Shown: piece by piece, positions 18,703-28,735 of the stretch
How the letters are laid out: each line of letters starts with the position of its first letter
Position numbering within the stretch: the stretch's first letter is position 1
NCBI GenBank assembly: GCA_044506365.1
Contig: JBIQKQ010000001.1
Coordinates: 1 to 62,402, forward strand
Source: Hyphomicrobiales bacterium
GTDB lineage: Bacteria > Pseudomonadota > Alphaproteobacteria > Rhizobiales > Xanthobacteraceae
Length of the DNA: 62,402 bases
Direction: 5' to 3'
Notes under the pieces: model-generated
The model's database searches: none
Told to the model about the DNA's origin: nothing
Seen by the model: only the letters and a program-made list of their open reading frames with translations
Program-made: the position numbers and the translations under genes

Positions 18703-18986
18703 TCAAAGCGTCGCGGCCGCGGTGGCGCAAGTTCGTTTGAGGTGCCCCAGCTCTCGACCCATGCTTTAACTTCGTGCAAAGGCACCGCTTCCCGTGTCCG
18801 ATGGAAGTTTTCCAAACGACGGCGATCTTCTTCGATATCGGGATGATCAATTTCGACAACAGAATCGAGCAGCGCGAGAGCCTCGGTCAAAACGGCCGAA
18901 ATATCCTGGCCGCGCTCCTTCGCCATTTCCTGCAAACGAGCGTCGGTATCCTGGTCAATCTCGATCGTGCGCCGGACGACGTTCAT
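18699..18986 (-). CDS. Antitoxin, RHH/CopG-like N-terminus
   Basis: VRRTIEIDQDTDARLQEMAKERG..VKAWVESWGTSNELAPP; ATGA overlap with the toxin start. Confidence 0.75.
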   Translation of the reverse strand: MNVVRRTIEIDQDTDARLQEMAKERGQDISAVLTEALALLDSVVEIDHPDIEEDRRRLENFHRTREAVPLHEVKAWVESWGTSNELAPPRPRRFE

Positions 18987-19486
18987 GCGACAAAACCTAT
19001 TGGCCCGAGCGAGTTGTCGAGGGGCGGGGGCCGCCAGGTCATCATGTAAACCGGTGCCCCCGACCTGGGGTTCACGTCCTCGCCGGCGATCGCGAAACCG
19101 CTTTTGCGGTAGAAGTCGAGCGCGCGCGCATTGTCCTTGTTGACATGCAGATAGAGGCCCTCGCGTCCGATCTGCTTGGCGGCATCGATCAGCGCCTGGC
19201 CGACGCCCAGACGCTGCACGTCCGGCGCGACCACGATCTGGTCGAGATAGCCGGTGCGCGGCGAGACCGCGACAAAGCCGGCGATGCTGTGCGAGGTGGC
19301 TTCGCATTCGGCGACCACCACCCTGGAATCGTCCTGCAAGCCGCGCCAGTGCTCGCGAAACCAGCCGAGGCGGGCGGCGAAATCGATCTGCGGATAAGCC
19401 TGTTGCCAGCTGCGCTGCCAGACCAAGAGCGCCGGTTCTTCGTCCGAGGCGCGATACGGACGCAGCCTGACTGTCGGTTGCGCCAT
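18983..19486 (-). CDS. GNAT family N-acetyltransferase
   Basis: LDQIVVAPDVQRLGVGQALID (motif A), NARALDFYRKSGF. Confidence 0.9.
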   Translation of the reverse strand: MAQPTVRLRPYRASDEEPALLVWQRSWQQAYPQIDFAARLGWFREHWRGLQDDSRVVVAECEATSHSIAGFVAVSPRTGYLDQIVVAPDVQRLGVGQALIDAAKQIGREGLYLHVNKDNARALDFYRKSGFAIAGEDVNPRSGAPVYMMTWRPPPLDNSLGPIGFVA

Positions 19487-19517
19487 CCCCGTGCGACCCT
19501 GCCCTGCAGCGGGAACG

Positions 19518-20540
19518 TTATCGCTCGGTCAGCTTCAGCTCAATCCTGCGATTGCGGCGGAACGCCTCTTCGGTCTTGTCGGGGTCGAGCGGCTGAAACT
19601 CGCCGAAGCCGGCGGCAACCAGGCGCTGCGGCGAGATGCCGCGCGAGATCATGTACTGCACGACCGCGATCGCCCGCGCCGATGACAATTCCCAGTTGGA
19701 GGGGAATTGCACATTGGCGATCGGCCGGATGTCGGTATGGCCATCCACCCGCATCACCCAGGGGATGTCGGGGGGAATCTTCTTTTCAAGCTCGGTCAGG
19801 GCTTCGACGATCTTGTCGATCTCGGCCCGGCCTTCCGGCTTCAGCACCGCCTGGCCTGGATCGAAGAACACCTCGGACTGGAATACGAAGCGGTCGCCGA
19901 CGATGCGTACGTCCGGGCGGCTGCCCAGGATCTGGCGCAGCCGTCCGAAAAAGTCGGAGCGGTAGCGCTGCAATTCCTGCACGCGCTGCGCCAGCGCGAC
20001 ATTCAGCCTTTGTCCGAGATCGGCGATTCTTGTCTGCGAGTCGCGCTCGCGCTTCTCGGAAACTTCGAGAGCGGCTTCGAGCGCGCCGAGCTGGCGGCGC
20101 AGCGCCGCGATCTGCTGATTGAGCAATTCGACCTGCGCCAGCGCGCGCGCCACGCTTTGCTTCTCGGCATCGAGCGCGACAGCGAGTTCGTTGGCGCGCC
20201 CGCGTGCGGCGGCGGCGCCTCCGGCGCCTTCGGCAAGGCCGCGCAAACGATCGCGTTCGGCTTCGGTTGCCGCGAGGTTGGAGCGCACCGTGCCAAGCAG
20301 CGCCTCAAGCTCGGAGCGGCCGCTCTTTTCCAGCGCGAGGAGGTCGGTCAGTTGCGCAATCTGCGCGTTGAGGCGCTGCAGCGCGGTGTCCTTGCCGGTC
20401 ACTTCCTGCGAAAGGTAGAATTGCACGACGGCGAAGATCGACAGCAGAAAGATGATGCCGAGCAGAAGGGTCGACAGCGCGTCGACGAAGCCCGGCCAGT
20501 AATCGACGCCGCGATCCCTGCGGCTGCGTGCCAGTGCCAT
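19518..20540 (-). CDS. MotB-like protein: TM anchor, long coiled coil, OmpA-like peptidoglycan-binding domain
   Basis: WPGFVDALSTLL (Asp in TM), heptad-rich middle, GHTD..NWELSSARA..AAGFGEFQP..NRRIE. Confidence 0.9.
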   Translation of the reverse strand: MALARSRRDRGVDYWPGFVDALSTLLLGIIFLLSIFAVVQFYLSQEVTGKDTALQRLNAQIAQLTDLLALEKSGRSELEALLGTVRSNLAATEAERDRLRGLAEGAGGAAAARGRANELAVALDAEKQSVARALAQVELLNQQIAALRRQLGALEAALEVSEKRERDSQTRIADLGQRLNVALAQRVQELQRYRSDFFGRLRQILGSRPDVRIVGDRFVFQSEVFFDPGQAVLKPEGRAEIDKIVEALTELEKKIPPDIPWVMRVDGHTDIRPIANVQFPSNWELSSARAIAVVQYMISRGISPQRLVAAGFGEFQPLDPDKTEEAFRRNRRIELKLTER

Positions 20541-20545
20541 GGCGG

Positions 20546-21523
20546 CTACGTCTTCTCCCGTGCCAGCGTTTCCAGCACCTTGCGGATGTCCTGCATGATG
20601 TCGGCCTGCGAGTCGGACCAGTCGCGGATCATCTGCTGCTCGGTGCGCATGTGATGCACCAGGCCCTGGATCGCCTCGGCGAGACTTGCCATGGCGGCGG
20701 TCGCGGCCTTGTTGCCGCCGGTTTCGGCGACGGTTTCGCGCAGCCGATCAATCGCTGCCTTCATGTCGGGAGATAATGGCGCCGAAGCGGCAGCGCCCGG
20801 CTCGGCGCCGATGTCATGCACCGTGGTCGACAGCCAATCTTCGAGATCGGTGTAGAAGCGGTTCTGCGCCTGGCTGGTCTGCAGGTCGAGGAAGCCGAGG
20901 ATCAGCGAGCCGGCGAGCCCGAACAGCGATGACGAGAAGGCGATGCCCATGCCGCCGAGCGGCGCTGCGAGCCCCTCGCGCAGGGTTTCGAACACCGAAG
21001 CCGAATCGCCGCCGGGCTTCAGCGTCTCGACCACCTTGCCAACCGAGCCGACAGTCTCGATCAGGCCCCAGAACGTGCCGAGTAGGCCAAGGAAGATCAA
21101 AAGGCCGGTCATGTAGCGTGACAGGTCGCGTGCCTCATCAAGCCGGGTCGCGATCGAATCCAGGATGCCGCGCATCATCTGGGTCGAGATGGCCATGCGG
21201 CCGAGCCGGTCGCCAAGCATGGTTGCCATCGGCGCGAGCAGGGACGGGGGGCGCTCGACCGCAATGCCGGGATCGGCGAGCCGGAAGCTGTTGACCCATG
21301 CAATCTCGGGAAACAGCCGCAGCACCTGCCGGAACGAGAGCAGGATGCCGATCACCAGGACGCCGAGAATCAGCCCGTTGAGGCCGGGATTCGACATGAA
21401 GGCGCCGAGAATCTGCCGATACAGGATGACGCCGATCAGCCCGCACAGCACCAGGAATACCAGCATCCGCACAAGGAAAATGCGCGGGGAGGAGAGCTTG
21501 TGAGGATCAAATTTGCGAGCCAT
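20546..21523 (-). CDS. MotA/TolQ/ExbB-superfamily membrane protein
   Basis: FLGLLGTFWGL..GMGIAFSSSLFGL TM pair, two N-terminal TMs, helical C-tail. Confidence 0.88.
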   Translation of the reverse strand: MARKFDPHKLSSPRIFLVRMLVFLVLCGLIGVILYRQILGAFMSNPGLNGLILGVLVIGILLSFRQVLRLFPEIAWVNSFRLADPGIAVERPPSLLAPMATMLGDRLGRMAISTQMMRGILDSIATRLDEARDLSRYMTGLLIFLGLLGTFWGLIETVGSVGKVVETLKPGGDSASVFETLREGLAAPLGGMGIAFSSSLFGLAGSLILGFLDLQTSQAQNRFYTDLEDWLSTTVHDIGAEPGAAASAPLSPDMKAAIDRLRETVAETGGNKAATAAMASLAEAIQGLVHHMRTEQQMIRDWSDSQADIMQDIRKVLETLAREKT

Positions 21524-21758
21524 CGCTGGCCAGCCTTTCAATAAAGAAGCGTGCCCTCAATATGGCACAGACGCGGCGAAAGAGAACCCGCGGGCAGAAG
21601 GCGTCGTGCGATCATGGCTGAAGCGGTTCGAGAGTGCGCCCCCGCGGGTGGAAGACCGCGCCGGCAACACCCCACGAGACGTTGCGGTTCCGTCATGCCG
21701 CCGGTTGCCGAGTCGCGGATGATGAAATCTTGTGCGAGGCCGCGCCGGCGGCGTTGCA

Positions 21759-22559
21759 TCAGCCGGCTGCTCCGGTCCGCTTGAGAATCGAAAGCAGCTC
21801 TCGGTGCAGCGTCTCGTTGCCGGCGCAGATGTGACCCTTGGCGAACATGGCGTCGGTGCCATCGCAGTCGGTGACATAGCCGCCCGCTTCGCGCACCAGC
21901 AGAATGCCGGCCGCCATGTCCCAGGATTGCAGGTTGCGCTCCCAGTAAATGTCGAAGCGCCCGGCCGCGACATAGGCGAGGTCGAGCGCGGCAGCGCCAA
22001 AGCGGCGCAGGCCCGCGACCTGCTCCTGCACGGCCGCAAATTCGGTACGGAATTCGGTGATCCCGCCGCGGCCGCGATGCGGCAGCCCGCAGGCCACCAC
22101 CGCGTCATGCATGGAGCGACGTCCCGCGACCCGCAGGCGCTGATCGTTCACGAAGGCGCCCTTGCCCTTTTCGGCGATGAACATCTCGTCCGAAATCGGA
22201 TTGTAGATAAGGGCCGCGACCATCGCGCCATCGCGCTCTAATCCGATCGAGATCGCGAAATGCGGAATGCCGTGCAGGAAGTTGGTGGTGCCGTCCAGCG
22301 GATCGACATGCCAGGTGTGGGTCTTGTCCGGCCCATCGATCCGGCCGCCCTCTTCGCCGATGAACGAATAACCCGGCCGCGCCGTCATCAATTCCTCGCG
22401 CAAGGTCTGCTCGGCCTTACGGTCGGCGGCGGTGACGAAGTTGGCCGGTCCCTTGACCGAGACCTGCAGCTTCTCCACCTCGCCGAAATCGCGATTGAGC
22501 TGCCGCGCGGCTTTGCGTGCGGCTTTCATCATGACGTTGAGAAGGGCGGAGTGTTGCAT
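21759..22559 (-). CDS. suhB: Inositol monophosphatase
   Basis: FVTAAD, GEEG, DPLDGTTNFLHG, WDMAAG. Confidence 0.95.
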   Translation of the reverse strand: MQHSALLNVMMKAARKAARQLNRDFGEVEKLQVSVKGPANFVTAADRKAEQTLREELMTARPGYSFIGEEGGRIDGPDKTHTWHVDPLDGTTNFLHGIPHFAISIGLERDGAMVAALIYNPISDEMFIAEKGKGAFVNDQRLRVAGRRSMHDAVVACGLPHRGRGGITEFRTEFAAVQEQVAGLRRFGAAALDLAYVAAGRFDIYWERNLQSWDMAAGILLVREAGGYVTDCDGTDAMFAKGHICAGNETLHRELLSILKRTGAAG

Positions 22560-22571
22560 GGCACCTTCTTA

Positions 22572-22699
22572 GCCCTCTCCCGAAGGCGGAGGGAAGGTGT
22601 CGCCAAGCGCCGACCGGGTGAGGGCTGCTTTAGCGACGATTTCAAGCGAGCCAACCTCGCTGGCGTTCCGGCAGGCCGCCTTTCCCCTGAAGGGAAGGC
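22572..22699. repeat. Degenerate CCCTCTCCC-family palindromes
   Basis: GCCCTCTCCCG...CGGGTGAGGGC (22572-22625) and GCCTTTCCCCTGAAGGGAAGGC (22678-22699). Confidence 0.55.
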
Positions 22700-22705
22700 A
22701 GAACG

Positions 22706-23272
22706 TCACTCCGCGCGGCGGACGTAAGTCACTTCGTTGGTATCGACGATGATCTTCTCGCCGGTGGTGATGAATGGCGGGACCATCACGCGCAGGCCGT
22801 TCTCGAGCTTGGCGGGTTTGTAGGAGGAGGCGGCGGTCTGGCCCTTCACCACCGGGTCGGCTTCGACGATCTGCAGCGTCACCTGATCCGGCAGCTTGAT
22901 GCCGATCGGCCGTTCCTCGTGCATTTCCAGCGTGACCGTCATGCCATCCTGCAGGAAGGCGGCGCGCTCGCCGACGAAATCCTCCGGCAGTTCGATCTGC
23001 TCGTAGCTGTCGGTGTCCATGAAGACGAGGCTCTCGCCTTGCTTGTACAGGAACTGGAAGTCCTTCTGTTCGAGGCGCGCCCGCTCGACCCGTTCGTCAG
23101 AACCGAACCGGTTGTTGAGCTTGCGTCCGTCGATCAGGTTTTTCAGTTCGACCTGGTTATAGGCGGGACCCTTGCCGGGCTTCACCGCCATGGTCTTGAC
23201 CGCGACCCAGAGCGTGTCCTGGTATTCGATCACATAGCCAGGACGGATTTCGTTGCCATTGATCTTGGCCAT
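22706..23272 (-). CDS. efp: Elongation factor P
   Basis: KPGKG loop, [18 protein letters not shown]. Confidence 0.97.
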   Translation of the reverse strand: MAKINGNEIRPGYVIEYQDTLWVAVKTMAVKPGKGPAYNQVELKNLIDGRKLNNRFGSDERVERARLEQKDFQFLYKQGESLVFMDTDSYEQIELPEDFVGERAAFLQDGMTVTLEMHEERPIGIKLPDQVTLQIVEADPVVKGQTAASSYKPAKLENGLRVMVPPFITTGEKIIVDTNEVTYVRRAE

Positions 23273-23335
23273 GAGATGTTCCGTAGCGCTTTCGGAAATG
23301 TTCGTGGGGCCATGTGCCCGCCCGTTCTGCTGCCG

Positions 23336-24316
23336 TCAAGTGCGGGAATTGGCAATCAGGAACAGCCAGGGTTCGGCTTCCTTCTGGGCCGCCTTGCGTA
23401 CCTCCTCGCTCTGTCTCGCCATGTAGTCGTCCAGGAACGGATCGCTGGCGCCGGCCGCTTTGGACACGATGTGCCATTTGACCGCTTCCTTGGGATCCTC
23501 TGGCAGGCCGCGGCCGGTGGCGAGAATGCGCGCCAGCCGGTTCTGCGCGACCGGCGCGCCGCGGCGGGCCGCCTTGCGAAGGATCTGCGCCGCGGCCGCC
23601 TCGTCCTTGGCGATGCCGGTGCCGTTATGCAGCGCGATGGCATATTCGGTTTGCGCGTCGAGGTGGTCGGCGAGCGCGGCGAGCGCGAGCAGCCGGGTCG
23701 CCTCCTTGTCGTCCTTCGGGACGCCGCGGCCCTCCTTGTACATGGTGGCCAGCGCATATTGCGCCTCCCGGTTTCCGCTTTCGGCCGCCTGGCGGAACAA
23801 TTCGGCGGCGCGGGCGAAGTCGCGGGGGAACTGCATTCCTTCCAGATAGAATAGGCCGAGATTATACGCGGCGACCGGCTGACCCAGCTTGGCGGCGCTC
23901 GCGAACAGCTTGGCGGCAGCATCGCGATCTTTCGGCCCGCCGCGGCCGGCAAGCCGCATCATCGCCAGCGAGAACATGGCTTCGCGGTCGCCATGCTCGG
24001 CCGCCTTGCTGTACCACTCGATCGCCTTGGCATCGTCCTGCGGGACGCCAAGGCCGCCGGCATGGATGACTCCGATCAGGGTCATGGCGCTCGGATCGCC
24101 GGTGGCATCGACCCGCTTCTGCGCCTCGGCGAGCGCCGTCAGGTAATAGCCGCGCTGGAATGCGGCATAGGCGGCGTCGCCCTGGGACTGCGTGGAGGAA
24201 TGCGGCGCGGGTTCCGGCAGGGGGGGCGACGGCGTGGCCTTCTTGGGCGCCGCATGCGCCCCAGTCGTCAAAACCGACAATGCGACCGCAATGATCAGGC
24301 GCGAACGGATTGTCAT
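23336..24316 (-). CDS. Exported Sel1-like repeat protein
   Basis: Signal peptide and multiple Sel1 repeats (GLGVPQDDAKAIEWYSKAAEHG etc.); ATGA overlap with thiE. Confidence 0.9.
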   Translation of the reverse strand: MTIRSRLIIAVALSVLTTGAHAAPKKATPSPPLPEPAPHSSTQSQGDAAYAAFQRGYYLTALAEAQKRVDATGDPSAMTLIGVIHAGGLGVPQDDAKAIEWYSKAAEHGDREAMFSLAMMRLAGRGGPKDRDAAAKLFASAAKLGQPVAAYNLGLFYLEGMQFPRDFARAAELFRQAAESGNREAQYALATMYKEGRGVPKDDKEATRLLALAALADHLDAQTEYAIALHNGTGIAKDEAAAAQILRKAARRGAPVAQNRLARILATGRGLPEDPKEAVKWHIVSKAAGASDPFLDDYMARQSEEVRKAAQKEAEPWLFLIANSRT

Positions 24317-24960
24317 GTCGCCATCTCCGCGAGCGAGATGCGGCTCGCGGCGTCGGCAGCCGCGGGCGCGACGCCGCGCGGATCGGCGAAGACGGCGTCG
24401 CCGACCGCAACGAAATCGGCGCCGGCCCGCACAAGCGGCCCGATCTCGTCGAGCGCAGCGGCGAACGCGACGCAGGGAATTTCGAACACGTCCGCCCACC
24501 AGGACACGCGCTCGATCAGGGCTTCGAGCGAAGGACGCGCGTTATCGCCGAACATCACATAATCGGCGCCGCTCTCGGCGGCGACCATGGCGTCATGGCG
24601 CGTGTCCAGCCCGCCGATACCGGCAATGCGGCCGGGCTTCAGTGATCCGACAGCTTCCGCGAAGGCGTCAATCCCGGTCAGGTGCGCGCCGTCGGCGCCG
24701 CCGCGCGCGACGAGTCGCGGATGACCGTCGAGGATCAGCGCCGCATCCGCCTTCTGCACGGTCGGGGCGATCTGCTTCACGCGATTGATCAGCGCGCGCT
24801 CGTCGTCATCCGGAAGCCGCAGCAGCACCGCGGCGATGTCTGCGGAATCGATGGCGGCGAGAAGGTCGAATTTCAGCGCGCCCGGATCGGCCGCGGCCGG
24901 CGTCACCAGATAGAGACGCGGCGTCGGGCGAGTCTGCTCTTTTCGTTGAGACGGGGGCAT
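24313..24960 (-). CDS. thiE: Thiamine phosphate synthase-like protein
   Basis: PRLYLVTP, GADGAHL, GADYVMFG, GADFVAV. Confidence 0.82.
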   Translation of the reverse strand: MPPSQRKEQTRPTPRLYLVTPAAADPGALKFDLLAAIDSADIAAVLLRLPDDDERALINRVKQIAPTVQKADAALILDGHPRLVARGGADGAHLTGIDAFAEAVGSLKPGRIAGIGGLDTRHDAMVAAESGADYVMFGDNARPSLEALIERVSWWADVFEIPCVAFAAALDEIGPLVRAGADFVAVGDAVFADPRGVAPAAADAASRISLAEMAT

Positions 24961-25019
24961 CCATTTACCCGATGGTTCCGCAATCGGGCGGCAGTTTGTC
25001 CGGATGGCGAGCAACCCGG

Positions 25020-25087
25020 CCGTTCATTCCTGCGAAAGCGGAAATTCGGTCGGAGGCACCCGTCCCCGCCTTCGCGGGAACGGGTGG
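25020..25087. repeat. REP-like element (CCCGC family)
   Basis: CGTTCATTCCTGCGAAAGCGGAAATTC...GTCCCCGCCTTCGCGGGAACG; resembles 8560-8642. Confidence 0.6.
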
Positions 25088-25095
25088 ACTTATGC

Positions 25096-26121
25096 CTAGG
25101 CCGCCTTCTTCTCCAGATCCTGCTTCCACTGGCCGAGCGAGGCGAGGCCGTTCATCATCGCCCGATGCGTGAAGGCGCGCTGCGCGGCCGCGACGTTCTC
25201 ATTCTTGCCGCTCCAGGCTTTTTGCGGCGCTGCCTGCAGCGCGCGGCCATAGGAGAAGGTGAGCTTCCAGGGCAGGTTGCCGATCTTGTTCATGGCGTCG
25301 AGATGGGCGGTCGCTTCCTCGTCCGACTGGCCGCCGGACAGGAAGGCGATGCCGGGAACGGCGCTCGGCACGCAATTCTTCAGGAGTCTCACCGTCTTCT
25401 CGGCGACCTCCTGCACGCTCGCCTTTTTGGCGCTCTTCTTTCCGGGGATCGCCATGTTCGGCTTCAGCACGATGCCTTCCAGCGCGACCTTCTGATAATA
25501 GAGCTGCTGGAAGGTTTCCTTGAGCACGAATTCGGTGACCTCGTAGCAGCGATCGATGTCGTGGCTGCCGTCCATCAGAACTTCCGGCTCGACGATCGGC
25601 ACGATCTGGGCCTCCTGGCACAGGGCGGCATAGCGCGCGAGTGCATGGGCATTGGCCGAGATCGCGGCATAGCTCGGGATGCCTTCACCGATATCGATCA
25701 CCGCGCGCCATTTCGCAAAGCGTGCGCCCTGCTGATAATATTTTGGCAGCCGGTCGGCGAGCCGGTCGAGGCCGATCGTGATCAGTTCGCCCGGGCATCG
25801 CGGCAGGGGCTTGGTGCCCTCGTCGACCTTGATGCCCGGAATGGCGCCGGACTTGGCGATGATTTCGACCAGCGGCGTGCCGTCCTTGGCCTTCTGCCAG
25901 ATGGTTTCGTCAAAGAGAATGACGCCGGAAATGTATTTCGACATCGCCTCGCTGGAGCGGAACATCAGCTCGCGATAGTCGCGGCGATTGTCTTCCGTCG
26001 ATTCCACCCCGATGGCGTCGAACCGCTTCTTGATTGTGCCGGAGGACTCGTCGGCGGCCAGGATACCCTTGCCGGGCGTCACCATGGCTTCGGCGATTTT
26101 GTTCAGGTCAGCGAGGTTCAT
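25096..26121 (-). CDS. fba: Class I fructose-bisphosphate aldolase
   Basis: GKGILAADES, FAKWRAV, PIVEPEV, LKPNM, FLSGGQS, FSYGRALQ. Confidence 0.96.
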   Translation of the reverse strand: MNLADLNKIAEAMVTPGKGILAADESSGTIKKRFDAIGVESTEDNRRDYRELMFRSSEAMSKYISGVILFDETIWQKAKDGTPLVEIIAKSGAIPGIKVDEGTKPLPRCPGELITIGLDRLADRLPKYYQQGARFAKWRAVIDIGEGIPSYAAISANAHALARYAALCQEAQIVPIVEPEVLMDGSHDIDRCYEVTEFVLKETFQQLYYQKVALEGIVLKPNMAIPGKKSAKKASVQEVAEKTVRLLKNCVPSAVPGIAFLSGGQSDEEATAHLDAMNKIGNLPWKLTFSYGRALQAAPQKAWSGKNENVAAAQRAFTHRAMMNGLASLGQWKQDLEKKAA

Positions 26122-26205
26122 GGGGGAGCTCCGTAACGAAGGTGCCGGACAATCGGCTTTTGATGGAATTTTATATCGCCAGCGGGGCATGCGGGAAGAG
26201 GCGGG

Positions 26206-27399
26206 TCACTTTGCCCTTAACACCTCGACCCCGGGCAGGGCCTTGCCCTCGCAGAATTCGAGGAACGCGCCGCCTGCGGTGGAGATGTAGCTGAAACTGT
26301 CAGCAACGCCGGCATGGTTCAGCGCCGCCACCGTGTCGCCGCCGCCGGCAATCGAGACGAGCTTGCCGGCCTTCGTACGCTCGGCCGCATGACGCGCCGC
26401 CGCGACCGTGCCGCGGTCGAACGGCGCGATCTCGAATGCGCCGAGCGGGCCGTTCCAGAGCAGGGTGCGCGCGTCGTCGATTGCGTGGGTGACGCGCTCC
26501 ATCGAGAGCGGACCGATATCGAGGATCATGCCGTCATCCGGAATGGCATCGAGGCCATAGGCCTGCGACGGCGCGCCGGCTTCGAACTTGAAGGCGACGA
26601 TGGCATCCACCGGAAGGATGATTGCGCATTTGGCCGCTTCCGCCTTGTCCATGATGCGGCGCGCGGTATCGGCGAGGTCGCGCTCGGCCAGTGACTTGCC
26701 GATCCTGACGCCTTGCGCATGCAGGAAGGTATTGGCCATGCCGCCGCCGATGACGAGCGCTTCGACCCGGCCGACGAGATTTTCCAGAAGGTCGATCTTG
26801 GTGGAGACCTTGGCGCCGCCGACGATTGCGATCACCGGCTTTGCCGGAGCAACGAGCGCCTTCGACAGCGCCTCAAGCTCGGCCTGCATGGCGCGTCCCG
26901 CATAGGCCGGCAGCTTGTGGCCGAGCCCTTCGGTGGACGCGTGCGCGCGATGGGCGGCGGAAAAGGCGTCGTTCACGAACACGTCGCCGAGCGATGCGAG
27001 CTGCTCCACAAAGGCCGGATCGTTCTTTTCTTCTTCCTTGTGGAAGCGGGTATTTTCCAGAACCAGGATGTCGCCGGGCTTCATCGCATCGACCGCGGCT
27101 TTGGCGACAGGGCCGACGCAATCCTCGGCGAAACCGACCGGGCGCTTGATGACGTGCGACAGCGCGGTTGCAACCGGCCTCAGCGAGTTCTTCGGATCGC
27201 GTCCCTTCGGCCGGCCGAAATGCGCGAGGATGATGACCTTGCCGCCCTTGTCGGCGATCTCGGTGATGGTCGGCGCGACGCGCTCGATGCGCGTTGCATC
27301 AGTGACCTTGCCGTTCTCCATCGGGACGTTGAGGTCGACGCGCAGGAGAACGCGCTTGTTCTTGAGGTCGGCGTCATCGAGGGTGCGGAAGGAGGACAT
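26206..27399 (-). CDS. pgk: Phosphoglycerate kinase
   Basis: [41 protein letters not shown]. Confidence 0.97.
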   Translation of the reverse strand: MSSFRTLDDADLKNKRVLLRVDLNVPMENGKVTDATRIERVAPTITEIADKGGKVIILAHFGRPKGRDPKNSLRPVATALSHVIKRPVGFAEDCVGPVAKAAVDAMKPGDILVLENTRFHKEEEKNDPAFVEQLASLGDVFVNDAFSAAHRAHASTEGLGHKLPAYAGRAMQAELEALSKALVAPAKPVIAIVGGAKVSTKIDLLENLVGRVEALVIGGGMANTFLHAQGVRIGKSLAERDLADTARRIMDKAEAAKCAIILPVDAIVAFKFEAGAPSQAYGLDAIPDDGMILDIGPLSMERVTHAIDDARTLLWNGPLGAFEIAPFDRGTVAAARHAAERTKAGKLVSIAGGGDTVAALNHAGVADSFSYISTAGGAFLEFCEGKALPGVEVLRAK

Positions 27400-27416
27400 T
27401 TCAGCATACTCACTCT

Positions 27417-27503
27417 CGTCACGCCCGCCATTGTGCCGGGCATCCACGTCTTTCGTTTATGTTCACCAAAACGTGGATGGCCGGGTCGAGCCCGGCCATG
27501 ACG
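27417..27503. repeat. REP-like element in the gap-pgk spacer
   Basis: CGTCACGCCCG..CGGGCATCCACGT...ACGTGGATGGCCGGGTCGAGCCCGGCCATGACG; same family as 12895-12980. Confidence 0.8.
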
Positions 27504-27515
27504 AAGAACGTGGCG

Positions 27516-28523
<1,008 letters not shown>

Positions 28524-28735
28524 GATGCGAAGCTCCCGGCTGTCAGTAAGACTGCATGAGCCCCGCATATAATGGTTTTTCGCGGCAACTCAAATCGAGG
28601 GCGGCGTCTTGCGCGAAGCGCGGTAAATTTGCGCGGATAGAGGCGCGGCCCTGCCGAATTTCGCGTTTTCGGCTGTTCTTCCGGACCATTAGAGCGTGAC
28701 AGCGGGCCCGAACGCGGCCCGCCCGGGGGGGCCGG

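Noticed and set aside
19518-21523. Calling the pair Zorya or the flagellar stator
   Set aside because: No zorC/D/E or flagellar genes nearby; the A tail is short for ZorA and B has an atypical long coiled coil. Kept as an orphan motor.
24961-25095. TPP riboswitch upstream of thiE
   Set aside because: No CTGAGA/ACCTG core; the structure is a REP-like repeat.
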